Assembly: GCA_964444225.1 (NCBI GenBank)
Contig: CAYUFM010000001.1
Span: 26,216 to 90,215, forward strand
Direction of reading: 5' to 3'
Source of the DNA: an uncultured Candidatus Saccharibacteria bacterium
Lineage (GTDB): Bacteria; Patescibacteriota; Saccharimonadia; Saccharimonadales; 2-12-FULL-41-12
Length of the DNA: 64,000 nt
Part shown: piece after piece, positions 45,358 to 54,764 of the stretch
Numbering within the stretch: the stretch's first letter is position 1
Layout: each line of letters opens with the position of its first letter
Made by a program: the position numbers and the translations under genes
The notes under the pieces: generated by a model
What the model was told of the DNA's origin: nothing
Database searches by the model: none
Seen by the model: only the letters and a program-made list of their open reading frames with translations

Positions 45358-47085
45358 ATGAGGAAGGCAAGCAAGTTTGGGTTGATAATTATTCTGGTTT
45401 TACTAAGCTTTTTTTACCTTAGAAGTCCCAGTACACCGCCCACTCCCCCAACTACTTATAAGCCTCTGGCCCTACAAAGCATCACAACCTCAAAAATCGA
45501 GACAAATAAAGACCAGGCTTTATTAAAATCTTCAGAAAAAATTACAGAAACCAATCAATTAAGTTCAATTTCAGGCAAACAACCAAAAACCGAAATTGTT
45601 ACTAATGGCACAACTTACCCAAATCGCATATATAGCCCTATGCTAGCGCCAAACGATCCTTCCTACAACCAGTGGTGGGTTGCCCCTAATGATATGACCA
45701 GCGTTTGGGATGTACCTGCCGGGACTTACCAAACTAAAATTGCAGTTATCGACACAGGTTTTGCGCTAAATCATCAGGAGTTTGCTGGTCGCTGGGCTAC
45801 TAACAGTGGCGAGACAGGATTGGCTGTTGGTGAAGAACCAAGTGATCTTAACTGTACTGACCAAGGTCTGCCTCTGGACAGATCTTGCAATAATATTGAT
45901 GATAACTTTGACCAAATTCTAGATAATGAAACTGGCCCAACAACAGAACAAAATCCTTCTGATCGCAACTGTACTGACCAAGGTCTGCCTCTGGACAGAT
46001 CTTGCAATAATATTGATGACGATGGCAATAACTACAAGGATGACGTTACTGGTTGGGATTTTGCTAATTTCGACTCTAGTGTACAAGCCGGGCAAATAAA
46101 CCCCACAGGTAGCGGCACAACACACGGCACAATGGTTGCAGGGATTTTGGGCGCTACAGGCAATAATGGCGTAGGTATTGCAGGCGTTAATTGGCATACA
46201 AAAATCTTGCCAATCCAAGCGCTAGACGACGACAGTTATGGTGACAGTTTTACTGTTGGACAAGCAGTTTACTACGCAGTAGACCAAGGCGCAGATATTA
46301 TTAGCATTAGCCTGGGAACAAGCACAAATGACCCATACATGCGAGCTGCCATACTCTACGCCCTAGACCACGGAACGATCGTCGTTGCATCTACGGGCAA
46401 TAGTGGCTGTGACTGCATATCGTACCCGGCAAACTACCCAGAAGTTGTAGCTGTAGGTGCAGTAAATTCTACTGGTAGCCCTGCGAGTTTTAGCAATTTT
46501 GGGTCACAACTAGATGTCTTGGCCCCTGGTCAGACTATGGCTTCGCCTACCTATACATCAGGCAACCAGGTAAGTGCTTACGCGAGCAATATTGCAGGCA
46601 CTTCATTTTCTACGCCCTTCTTTAGCGGAGTCTTAGGACTAGCTAAAATGTCACAACCAACCGCATCTTGGGAAGAATTAATTGGCGCAATGATGGAGAA
46701 TTCTGACCGTCAGACACTAACATTAACTTCACCACGAACAAACACTCTAGGTTTTGGAGTGACTAGAGTCAATACAATGCTAGACCGCTTGCGTCTTACA
46801 AATTCCGCAATTCAAAGAACCCAATTTAGCGGAACAATACTTGGTTCTAAACTGACCTATCAGTGTGAGGGCGTCACTATACCGGCCACCAGATTATATG
46901 AATTAACAAAATATGGACTTTATAACTACACGACAAACCCACGCGAACTTTCAAAAGCCATACAAAATGGCTGGACTTCAAAAGAAATTGCCTATACCTG
47001 CATTGGACTAGCAAGCGATAATGTTTCTGTTATTAGAAATCTAAGTCTAACTTCAGAGCTTCATAACTTGACCCAAAAGAACTAA
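45358..47085 (+). CDS. subtilisin-like serine protease (peptidase S8)
   Basis: Catalytic triad motifs AVIDTGF (Asp), HGTMVAGILGA (His), GTSFSTPFFSGVLGLA (Ser). Signal/anchor at the N-terminus. Confidence 0.8.
   Translation: MRKASKFGLIIILVLLSFFYLRSPSTPPTPPTTYKPLALQSITTSKIETNKDQALLKSSEKITETNQLSSISGKQPKTEIVTNGTTYPNRIYSPMLAPNDPSYNQWWVAPNDMTSVWDVPAGTYQTKIAVIDTGFALNHQEFAGRWATNSGETGLAVGEEPSDLNCTDQGLPLDRSCNNIDDNFDQILDNETGPTTEQNPSDRNCTDQGLPLDRSCNNIDDDGNNYKDDVTGWDFANFDSSVQAGQINPTGSGTTHGTMVAGILGATGNNGVGIAGVNWHTKILPIQALDDDSYGDSFTVGQAVYYAVDQGADIISISLGTSTNDPYMRAAILYALDHGTIVVASTGNSGCDCISYPANYPEVVAVGAVNSTGSPASFSNFGSQLDVLAPGQTMASPTYTSGNQVSAYASNIAGTSFSTPFFSGVLGLAKMSQPTASWEELIGAMMENSDRQTLTLTSPRTNTLGFGVTRVNTMLDRLRLTNSAIQRTQFSGTILGSKLTYQCEGVTIPATRLYELTKYGLYNYTTNPRELSKAIQNGWTSKEIAYTCIGLASDNVSVIRNLSLTSELHNLTQKN
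45850..46019 (+). repeat. tandem direct repeat inside the S8 protease gene (two exact 53-bp copies, 117-bp period)
   Basis: AACTGTACTGACCAAGGTCTGCCTCTGGACAGATCTTGCAATAATATTGATGA occurs at 45850 and 45967. It encodes NCTDQGLPLDRSCNNIDD twice, between the Asp and His catalytic motifs. Confidence 0.85.
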
Positions 47086-47094
47086 TATATGCAC

Positions 47095-48009
47095 CTAGCC
47101 TAAAAGCTCTGACAAAACCTTACTTATGCCGATTACCCCAACCATCTTTTGATCATCACCTCGCACAATATATAGTTGCTGTTTTGATTTTATAAATAAC
47201 TCTAGAGCTACTTGTAGTGAATCGACTTCGGTGAGTTCATGGACTTCTTGACTTATAGCCCATGCAACTTTCCCGCTGGTACGTTTTTCTATGAGTTCAT
47301 CCAGGTCTAGAATGCCAATGATATTAGATTTCTTGTCTTTATAGACTGGGAAGTGGCGTTGACCAGTTTTATGTAGTTCATCGATCAAAATTGTGCCGAT
47401 TGTTTCTTCGCTACTAACCAATCTGACATCTTTTTTAGCAAGCATATAGTCGGCAACTTTTTTATCGCTAAATCCTAAAGCCCGGACTGCCAGCTGGAGC
47501 TTCTCATTAGAGATACGGTTAAATTTCATACCTTTTTGATCATTAATAAGCTGAATTAAGTCATCTAATTCATATAGTTTGTGGTCTTGTTTGTCGGTAA
47601 AATACTTAGAAATAAACCTGGAAACGGACCTTAAATAAGGCTTAGTTTTGGTTATAAGTTTGAAAAAAGGCTTAGATAAGGTTTTAGCCAACCGATTTTT
47701 AAACGGCAAATATTTAGTACCAAGAAGATATAGAATTACTAAAACTGCGCTTATTAAAGTAGCTAGCCAGGGGCTAAAATTAGCATTTGCTATATATACA
47801 GCTCCAAAAAACGCAGTAAAGCCAAAAATCTTTAAATAAAACTGTGCTACTGGCAGATCTTTTGAAATGGCCCAGTTGAGGCTATCTTGCGGTTTACTTG
47901 TTTTTGAACGACGTTTCAGCTCTATCTCAGGTACAGCACCATAATACCTAGATAGTATGGCAAAAATAAGTCCTACTAAAAAAAGCAGAAGAAGAATACC
48001 AATATCCAT
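47095..48009 (-). CDS. membrane protein with C-terminal CBS domain pair
   Basis: N-terminal TM helices. C-terminal IIGILDLDE...VGVIGISKVL CBS-like repeats. Confidence 0.5.
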   Translation of the reverse strand: MDIGILLLLFLVGLIFAILSRYYGAVPEIELKRRSKTSKPQDSLNWAISKDLPVAQFYLKIFGFTAFFGAVYIANANFSPWLATLISAVLVILYLLGTKYLPFKNRLAKTLSKPFFKLITKTKPYLRSVSRFISKYFTDKQDHKLYELDDLIQLINDQKGMKFNRISNEKLQLAVRALGFSDKKVADYMLAKKDVRLVSSEETIGTILIDELHKTGQRHFPVYKDKKSNIIGILDLDELIEKRTSGKVAWAISQEVHELTEVDSLQVALELFIKSKQQLYIVRGDDQKMVGVIGISKVLSELLG

Positions 48010-48068
48010 AACTACATTATAGTGCTTTTTTGTTATTATAGATGTAGTTAATACTTGGAAGGAAAATA

Positions 48069-48710
48069 GTGAGCAAACAATTTATAGCAATTTTGATAGT
48101 TATTATAGGTGGATTATTCGCAATATTAGCATTTACAGGCAAAGATAAGTCAAATAACCAATCTAGTAGTACCTCAAGTTCTCAGCCTACCTCTCACAAA
48201 GCTGGCAAAGCTGATAGTAAAGTTGTATTGCAAGAGTTTGGCGATTTCCAATGTCCAGCTTGCAAAGCCTACTCCACTATTATTCAACAACTGAAAAACG
48301 AGTATGGTGACAGAGTTGCTTTTCAATTTAGCCACTTTCCACTCACTCAAATACATACCAATGCTTTTATAAGTAGTCGTGCCGCAGAAGCTGCTGGAAA
48401 ACAAGGTAAATTTTTTGAAATGCATGATTTGTTATATGAGCAACAAGACTCATGGTCCCAGGTCGCTGATCCAACTTCTATCTTTGTAAGTTTTGCGACT
48501 CAGCTCGGTTTAAACGCCGAACAATTCAAAACCGATATGGTAGCTAGCGCCACAACCGAGGCAATCAATGCCGACCGTAAAGTGGCTCAAGATTTAGGGT
48601 CGTCAGGCACACCAACTTTTGTACTAAACGGTAAGAAAATGGATAAAAGTCCAACAAGCATAGAAGAATTCAAGAAGATATTAGATGAAGCTTTAGCTGC
48701 AAATCAATAA
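48069..48710 (+). CDS. DsbA-like thiol:disulfide oxidoreductase (membrane-anchored)
   Basis: Thioredoxin fold with CPAC active site (FGDFQCPACKAY). N-terminal TM. Confidence 0.75.
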   Translation: MSKQFIAILIVIIGGLFAILAFTGKDKSNNQSSSTSSSQPTSHKAGKADSKVVLQEFGDFQCPACKAYSTIIQQLKNEYGDRVAFQFSHFPLTQIHTNAFISSRAAEAAGKQGKFFEMHDLLYEQQDSWSQVADPTSIFVSFATQLGLNAEQFKTDMVASATTEAINADRKVAQDLGSSGTPTFVLNGKKMDKSPTSIEEFKKILDEALAANQ

Positions 48711-49084
48711 TATAAATACTCTTGCCACTTTGGCTTTTTTACGTGAACCTTAACTACTGCCCGGGCGCTGGACATGTACTTTACTTTTACTGACATGGAT
48801 TCTCACTCTCCCAAAAACACAAATATGCCCTTTTTGTGAGGACTCTACTGTATTCAATTTTTAATATTTTTATGTTTTGTTAACTCAAGGTTTGCAGTCT
48901 CTGGTTGCGCGCCTTATTAGTACTAAAGATAATACACCTACAAGCATAAGCATGTCAACACGGCATCCGCACCGGATTGAAGCTTTTGGGTTTCTCAATC
49001 GCAAGAATACTGCGAATGCCTGCTTGATATATTTTTTCGGCAAAGTGCCCGGAGAGGGAGAAACTCAAAAGTTTCAAAGTAAGG

Positions 49085-49543
49085 TCAGATTTTTTTATGA
49101 AGGAAATTATTGATACTGCTAATTCCAGATTTACGACGTTCGTGCTCTTGCTTAATGCGTTTGTGTAGTTTTTGCATTACATCACTGTGCTCTTGTTTAG
49201 CATGGATTGCTTGGAATTCTTTGTCCAGTTCGGCTAGTTCTTCGTCGCTCAATACTTCGAGGTCTATAAAAGCATTTCTGGCTTGGGTCGAACGGATTAA
49301 CTCATCCAGCTTTAATTGCATAGCTTTGCCATCACGATTTTGCGTATTTTGGATCAAGAAAACCATTAAAAAAGTAATAATAGTTGTGCTGGTGTTAATA
49401 ACTAATTGCCACGTATCAGAAAAATCAAAGTAAGGCCCAGTTGATAGCCAAAGCACAACTATTAAAAGCGCCAGTAAAAAAGCGTTTGCCGAGCCTGCAA
49501 CAACCGAAACTTTGGCAGCAAATTTTCTAAAAATTTCTTTCAT
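49085..49543 (-). CDS. small membrane protein, low-affinity iron permease-like family
   Basis: WQLVINTSTTIITFLMVFLIQNTQNRDGKAMQLKLDELI matches the conserved core of the PF04120-type proteins. From memory only. Confidence 0.45.
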   Translation of the reverse strand: MKEIFRKFAAKVSVVAGSANAFLLALLIVVLWLSTGPYFDFSDTWQLVINTSTTIITFLMVFLIQNTQNRDGKAMQLKLDELIRSTQARNAFIDLEVLSDEELAELDKEFQAIHAKQEHSDVMQKLHKRIKQEHERRKSGISSINNFLHKKI

Positions 49544-49578
49544 TATGTTGAGAGTATAACAAAAAACCTTTTATCTTT

Positions 49579-51288
49579 ATGCTTTTATCATTATGCTATC
49601 TATATATGGAATCGGTATTTACTGAACTGAGCCTGGTGATAATTATTACTGTGGCTGTTTCTATCATCATGAAGATCATCAAACAACCTTTGATATTGGG
49701 TTATATTCTAGCCGGGCTTTTGGTTGGACCACCCGGGCTAGACTTGATACATTCGACCGAACTATTTGACTCTTTCTCTGAGATTGGTATAGCCCTACTG
49801 CTCTTTATTATCGGAATGGGCATGCATATCGGCGAGTATAAAAAACTAGGCAAGATAGTATTGCTGGCAGCAATAAACTCACTGCTGTTTATTACTATGC
49901 TCGGGTTCTCTACGGCAACACTCTTTGGCTACACCAAGACAGAGGCATTTATTATTGGTTTGGCCTTATTCTTTAGTAGCACAATTATTATTGTTAAAAT
50001 TTTATCCGATAAGAAAGAGCAAAATCGCCTCCACGGCCAAATAGCTATAGGTATAATTCTAGTTGAAGACTTGATCGCAACGCTTGCTCTTTTGTTTGTG
50101 GTGGCTGGCAAGGGCGGTGGACTCGATGGAGCCGAGTTAGTTTTCTTAGGTGCCAAGGCAATCTTCTTATTACTGTTCTTGATGCTATGTAGCAAACTAT
50201 TCTTGCCAAAAGTTGTTAAATACATGGCCAGCAATCAAGAACTTTTGTTTCTGTCGGCCATTGCGTGGGGATTTGGCATCGCAACATTGTTCGAAAAAGC
50301 TGGTTTCTCAATAGAAATCGGCGCTCTTTTTGCTGGCGTTGCCCTAGCCAACTCACCATTTGTCCAGGAAATATCAGCTCGGTTGCGTCCTCTTAGAGAT
50401 TTCTTTATAGTAATTTTCTTTATCGCTCTGGGTGAGCAATTAGACGTATCAAGTCTGAGTGATGCAATTGCTCCGGCTCTTGCATTGTCTGCAATCGTAA
50501 TTATTGGCAAGCCGTTCATCATAACTTTTACTTCAGGACTAATGGGCTACACTAAGCGCATTAGCTTTAAGGCCGGCATTAACCTCTCGCAAATTAGTGA
50601 GTTTTCTATAATTTTAGTGGTGCTTGCAGCCACAGAAGGCATTATTCGCCCAGAGATCAGTTCGGTCATTACTATAGTCGCTATCATAACCATCGCTGCA
50701 TCAACATACCTAATGCAGTATGACGACAAATTATTCATGTACTTTGACCGCATAAAACTCAGAATGTTTGAAAAAGATGTTATCTACAAAGAAAAACGTT
50801 CTCCAAATTCTTACCAGAATATATTACTTGGCTATCACCATGGTGGTCATGAGTTTATTAAAACATTTAAAGAAATGGGCAAAAAATTCTTGGTGGTAGA
50901 TTATGACCCAGAAGTTATAGAAATTTTACAAAACCAAAAAATAGATTACCTTTATGGTGATGCCACCGACATCGAGCTATTACAAGAAGCCGGAATAGAA
51001 AAAAGTAAGATGGTTGTCTCTACGATCAATGACCATAATGCCAATGTTTTTATCGCAAATCTTATTAATCAGATAAATCCCGATGCATTGCTGATAGCTC
51101 ATGCCAACAACATTAATGAAGCCACGGAGCTTTATGACCTTGGAGCAGCTTACGTGATGATACCGCACCACGTTGGTACCGAGCGCATGAGTGCTCTAAT
51201 TAAGCGTACTGGCGCCAATAAGGAAGAGTTTGCTAAGCACCGTGCTAAACATATAGCATCTTTAGAATCTCACCTCAGAGATAGTTAA
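49579..51288 (+). CDS. monovalent cation:proton antiporter (CPA2, KefB-like) with C-terminal RCK/TrkA-N domain
   Basis: About 12 TM helices followed by a Rossmann-type RCK domain (ILLGYHHGGHEFIKTF...VVDYDPEVIEIL...YGDATDIELLQEAG). Confidence 0.8.
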   Translation: MLLSLCYLYMESVFTELSLVIIITVAVSIIMKIIKQPLILGYILAGLLVGPPGLDLIHSTELFDSFSEIGIALLLFIIGMGMHIGEYKKLGKIVLLAAINSLLFITMLGFSTATLFGYTKTEAFIIGLALFFSSTIIIVKILSDKKEQNRLHGQIAIGIILVEDLIATLALLFVVAGKGGGLDGAELVFLGAKAIFLLLFLMLCSKLFLPKVVKYMASNQELLFLSAIAWGFGIATLFEKAGFSIEIGALFAGVALANSPFVQEISARLRPLRDFFIVIFFIALGEQLDVSSLSDAIAPALALSAIVIIGKPFIITFTSGLMGYTKRISFKAGINLSQISEFSIILVVLAATEGIIRPEISSVITIVAIITIAASTYLMQYDDKLFMYFDRIKLRMFEKDVIYKEKRSPNSYQNILLGYHHGGHEFIKTFKEMGKKFLVVDYDPEVIEILQNQKIDYLYGDATDIELLQEAGIEKSKMVVSTINDHNANVFIANLINQINPDALLIAHANNINEATELYDLGAAYVMIPHHVGTERMSALIKRTGANKEEFAKHRAKHIASLESHLRDS

Positions 51289-51389
51289 TGACCATTTGTT
51301 AATAACGAAAAACAGATCAATAAGTCATAAACCTTTAATTTTTTAGTGAACAAATGGACTCTAGCTATTTCTCAAGACGCACAGATAAA

Positions 51390-52511
51390 TTAACAGCGTT
51401 TTTTAGAGCAACCGCAACTACCGGAAATAGTGGTTTTTGTTACCTTGGTCTTTACATTCTTTGTTCCGCACTCCGGACATGATTTTGAAATAAATTCACA
51501 ATCTTCACTGTCTGTTTTTTTGTCAAAATCACCATAGCCAAGTGCTCTCATCTCTTCTTCGCTGCTTGTTATAGTTACCCCGCAACCACTGTAGGTTCTG
51601 CCCCGTTCTTTGGCTAATCTGCCATAAAATTCCATTTCGGCAGCCGGTGAGATAAATACTAGTTTATTTTCTATAGCAACGATTGCTTGTTGTGGGTATT
51701 TAGATTTTTCTTCAAACCTTGCCTCAATCGTAGCCGCCAAATTTCTTTTGGCACCAGCATCTTTGGATGTTTCTAAGTATTCATTGATTAAGTCAGTTTG
51801 CTTACACGCAAAATCATAGGTATTACGATAGTCTGTTGGATTACGTCCAGCGTACCACTCACCACCAAATTTTTGCATTAATTTATTATCATAAACAGTT
51901 GTTAAAGTATCGGTAAGTTTTGCGTGAAATTTTTCATCAATATCCACACTAATTCTCTGACCTAATAACTCACCGCGCATAGGTGAAACTCCAAAGAATT
52001 CATAAATCGACTCTAGGCCATCTCGGTCGCTTCGATCAAGACTTTGCGAGATCATACTGATGGTACCGTTCAAAGACCGAGTTATTACCCTGAGCATAGT
52101 TTGTTGACGGGTGGTGTTGTACCCGCCAATATCGCTTTTGCCCTGCTTTAGTTCTTCAGGAAAATCAGAGACAACCACCATAGTGTTAGGAGCCTCTGGA
52201 TCTTTGACCATTTCTATCATTTCGAGATACTCGTCCATCTCAATACGTCGCCTACGCAATTCAAAATTAAGTTCTGGTTGATCTAGGACTGTTTGCTCGG
52301 CACTTCTGACTGCTTTTCTAAAAATATCGCCAAGAGGTCGACCGTCCCTTCGAGAAACCAGGTCTTCACCATCATAAATATACTCAAATGGTGTGCGCAT
52401 ATTACCGTCCAAGACTTCTGCAAGCCATGTTGTAGTATCATCAAACTCTGCAGTTTCGTGATTTATGCCTCTTGGATAAAATTCTTTTTTTTCAGCGAGT
52501 GCTAGGCTCAT
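51390..52511 (-). CDS. hypothetical protein with C-terminal Cys4-plus zinc-ribbon-like tail
   Basis: C-terminus CPECGTKNVKTKVTKTTISGSCGCSKKRC. No family recognised. Confidence 0.45.
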   Translation of the reverse strand: MSLALAEKKEFYPRGINHETAEFDDTTTWLAEVLDGNMRTPFEYIYDGEDLVSRRDGRPLGDIFRKAVRSAEQTVLDQPELNFELRRRRIEMDEYLEMIEMVKDPEAPNTMVVVSDFPEELKQGKSDIGGYNTTRQQTMLRVITRSLNGTISMISQSLDRSDRDGLESIYEFFGVSPMRGELLGQRISVDIDEKFHAKLTDTLTTVYDNKLMQKFGGEWYAGRNPTDYRNTYDFACKQTDLINEYLETSKDAGAKRNLAATIEARFEEKSKYPQQAIVAIENKLVFISPAAEMEFYGRLAKERGRTYSGCGVTITSSEEEMRALGYGDFDKKTDSEDCEFISKSCPECGTKNVKTKVTKTTISGSCGCSKKRC

Positions 52512-52603
52512 AAAAATACCCTTCTCATCTCGAGCAAGGGCATATGCTTCTTTGCTCGGAAGACTTTATAGCTGTATCGGACTTTAACCGTTGCGGCACA
52601 GTT

Positions 52604-52618
52604 CCTGAGTTACTCAGG
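52604..52618. promoter_or_regulatory. 15-bp palindrome CCTGAGT-T-ACTCAGG upstream of the 373-aa gene
   Basis: Perfect 7-1-7 inverted repeat, about 95 nt upstream of the start at 52511. There is a second hairpin (CGAGCAA...TTGCTCG) nearby. Confidence 0.3.
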
Positions 52619-52725
52619 ATTCCAGCGTTTTTATTTATTAATGTAGATCAAGTTTAGCACACCACCCATAGTGTGTAAGCCGTAAAAAATACACCACATA
52701 TCGCCTATGAGGCAAAATGTAGTGC

Positions 52726-53529
52726 CTAAACAACAGCAACTAGAACTATTATTCCTAAGATGATTCGATAGTATGCAAAGTTTTTAAAATCATGACCAGC
52801 CACATATTTAAGAAGCCATTTTATAGCAAAAAGCGCAGTAATAAAGGCCACAATCGTACCAATCAATAATGCTACGCCACCCCCCGCAACGGTATCAAAA
52901 TCATTACGACCATTAATCAGCTGATAACTTCCCGCCAAAATAATAACAGGGATGCTGAGGTAAAAAGAAAAGGCCGTTGCAGTCACTCTATCTATGCCTG
53001 ATAGTAATCCGCCCATTATTGTGGCTCCAGACCTGGACACGCCGGGAATTAGTGCGAATATTTGATAAAAACCTACCAAAATTGCTTGTTTTTTAGTAAT
53101 TTTCTCTAGCCTAGCCTCAGCACTAGACTTAACAGCTTTATGAAAAGTTTCTATTAACCAAATAGCAATTCCGCCTAAAATCAAAGTTATGGCAACTGTC
53201 ATCGCTACTGCATAATCCGTAAGGTAATCTTTTAGCAAAAATCCTATGAGAAGTGCTGGCATGGTTGCCAAAACCCAGATCATTATAAACTTCACAGAAT
53301 CCGAATCTCGCCTAAAAAACCCAGCAATTTTAGCAATCAAATCTTGGCGATAATACCAAATCACCGCTGCAATCGCTCCCATTTGCACAACCACAGTAAA
53401 TATCTCAGCAGTATCTTTATAATTCATCACATCAGCTGAAACTATCAAGTGCCCCGTGCTAGAGATTGGAAGAAATTCGGTCAAACCCTCTATTACACCT
53501 AAAATAATTGCTTGTAGTATTTCCATCAT
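52726..53529 (-). CDS. uppP: undecaprenyl-diphosphatase
   Basis: BacA/UppP motifs ILGVIEGLTEFLPISSTGHLIV and PGVSRSGATI. Confidence 0.9.
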   Translation of the reverse strand: MMEILQAIILGVIEGLTEFLPISSTGHLIVSADVMNYKDTAEIFTVVVQMGAIAAVIWYYRQDLIAKIAGFFRRDSDSVKFIMIWVLATMPALLIGFLLKDYLTDYAVAMTVAITLILGGIAIWLIETFHKAVKSSAEARLEKITKKQAILVGFYQIFALIPGVSRSGATIMGGLLSGIDRVTATAFSFYLSIPVIILAGSYQLINGRNDFDTVAGGGVALLIGTIVAFITALFAIKWLLKYVAGHDFKNFAYYRIILGIIVLVAVV

Positions 53530-53544
53530 TAACTAGTATAGATG

Positions 53545-54021
53545 CTAAATCCGCTTTTTAATATCACCGAGCCTAACATTAAAGGCCGAAGAGGCACTAG
53601 AAAGTCCTAAAATGTTCAAAGACTCGATTAAAGTTTTTAGATTATTTAATTGAATTTGGGATACTTCTGTTGATTGCTCAATCTGTTTAAACTGATAGTC
53701 AATTTTATCGGTCAGCCACTTCTCTTCGACTGGTTTAATCTCATTTGTCTGAAGTTTTGGAGCAACTGGGGTTACGTCGCCAACTATCTCAAGCGACCTT
53801 GCCGACCTACCATTTTTGCGTAAATGTCCACGAATAATAAGATTATTGATGTGCACGGCAACAGTAGCAACAGATGTATAGTTGCAGCCCACCATTATTT
53901 CACGGTAGCTCGGGCCATAGCCATGCTCGACGATAAAAGTCTGTAAATACTCCAGCAACATCTGCTGTTTTTTTGTCGGTCTTAGGGACTTATTTTCGGC
54001 TTCGCTTTTCGTATCTTCCAT
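53545..54021 (-). CDS. LexA-N-terminal-domain-like winged-helix DNA-binding protein lacking an S24 peptidase domain
   Basis: KQQMLLEYLQTFIVEHGYGPSYREIMVGCNYTSVATVAVHINNLIIRGHL aligns with the LexA DNA-binding domain. The C-terminal 70 aa have no Ser/Lys peptidase motifs. Confidence 0.5.
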   Translation of the reverse strand: MEDTKSEAENKSLRPTKKQQMLLEYLQTFIVEHGYGPSYREIMVGCNYTSVATVAVHINNLIIRGHLRKNGRSARSLEIVGDVTPVAPKLQTNEIKPVEEKWLTDKIDYQFKQIEQSTEVSQIQLNNLKTLIESLNILGLSSASSAFNVRLGDIKKRI

Positions 54022-54056
54022 TTTCTACCTACAATGTACTAAATACTATTTGCGTT

Positions 54057-54503
54057 TTATGCATGATGTCGAGTTTTGCGCCTTTTTCGATGTTGCTCCA
54101 TACCCTTAAATACATATTGCTTGTACCAGAAATAATTCCATACCGTAAAGAAGCCCGATGCAATGAACTGCCCAAATTCTACCCTAATACCATTTTTTTC
54201 CAAGGCGTAGAGAATGAGGTAATTGAGCAAGAATGCATTAAGCGCTGTATAAATTACATAGCGCTTAGCGGCAATTCCGAGCTTCGCAGGTTGCTTGGTT
54301 TTGAACACCCAATAACGTTCTAATATGAAGTTCAGGCTAATACCTGCAGCGTTTCCAATAAAGTTAGCCCAAAAAAGCCCAATATGATTGTCTAGAAGAA
54401 TGATCAGTATATAACCGCTCCAAAACCAAACTCCACCAGCTACAAAATATTCGATGATTCGTTTTGCTTCTAATTTCTTCCGTTTATTTTTGCGCGAAGC
54501 CAT
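54057..54503 (-). CDS. GtrA-family membrane protein
   Basis: 148 aa from the internal Met. Four TM helices with the GtrA-like pattern (YFVAGGVWFWSGYIL...NFILERYWVF). Confidence 0.6.
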   Translation of the reverse strand: MASRKNKRKKLEAKRIIEYFVAGGVWFWSGYILIILLDNHIGLFWANFIGNAAGISLNFILERYWVFKTKQPAKLGIAAKRYVIYTALNAFLLNYLILYALEKNGIRVEFGQFIASGFFTVWNYFWYKQYVFKGMEQHRKRRKTRHHA

Positions 54504-54764
54504 ACAATTAATTCTTTCTTTTGTGAAAATTATATTTATGAGTAAAATTTGGATTTCTTTGTGGGGAAGCATATCTGAAGATATGTTGACGAGCAAAAAA
54601 TGCAAAGCTTGCCATAAATATAGTTTGTAACAAGAAAGTTATTATTTGAATAGTTTCTATTTTCATTATTTTTTTGATTTTTTGAACGTTATGCGAACAT
54701 TATAGCATTAACATTGTATAAATAACACAAAAACACTTTAAAAATGGTATAATTAGCACCAATA

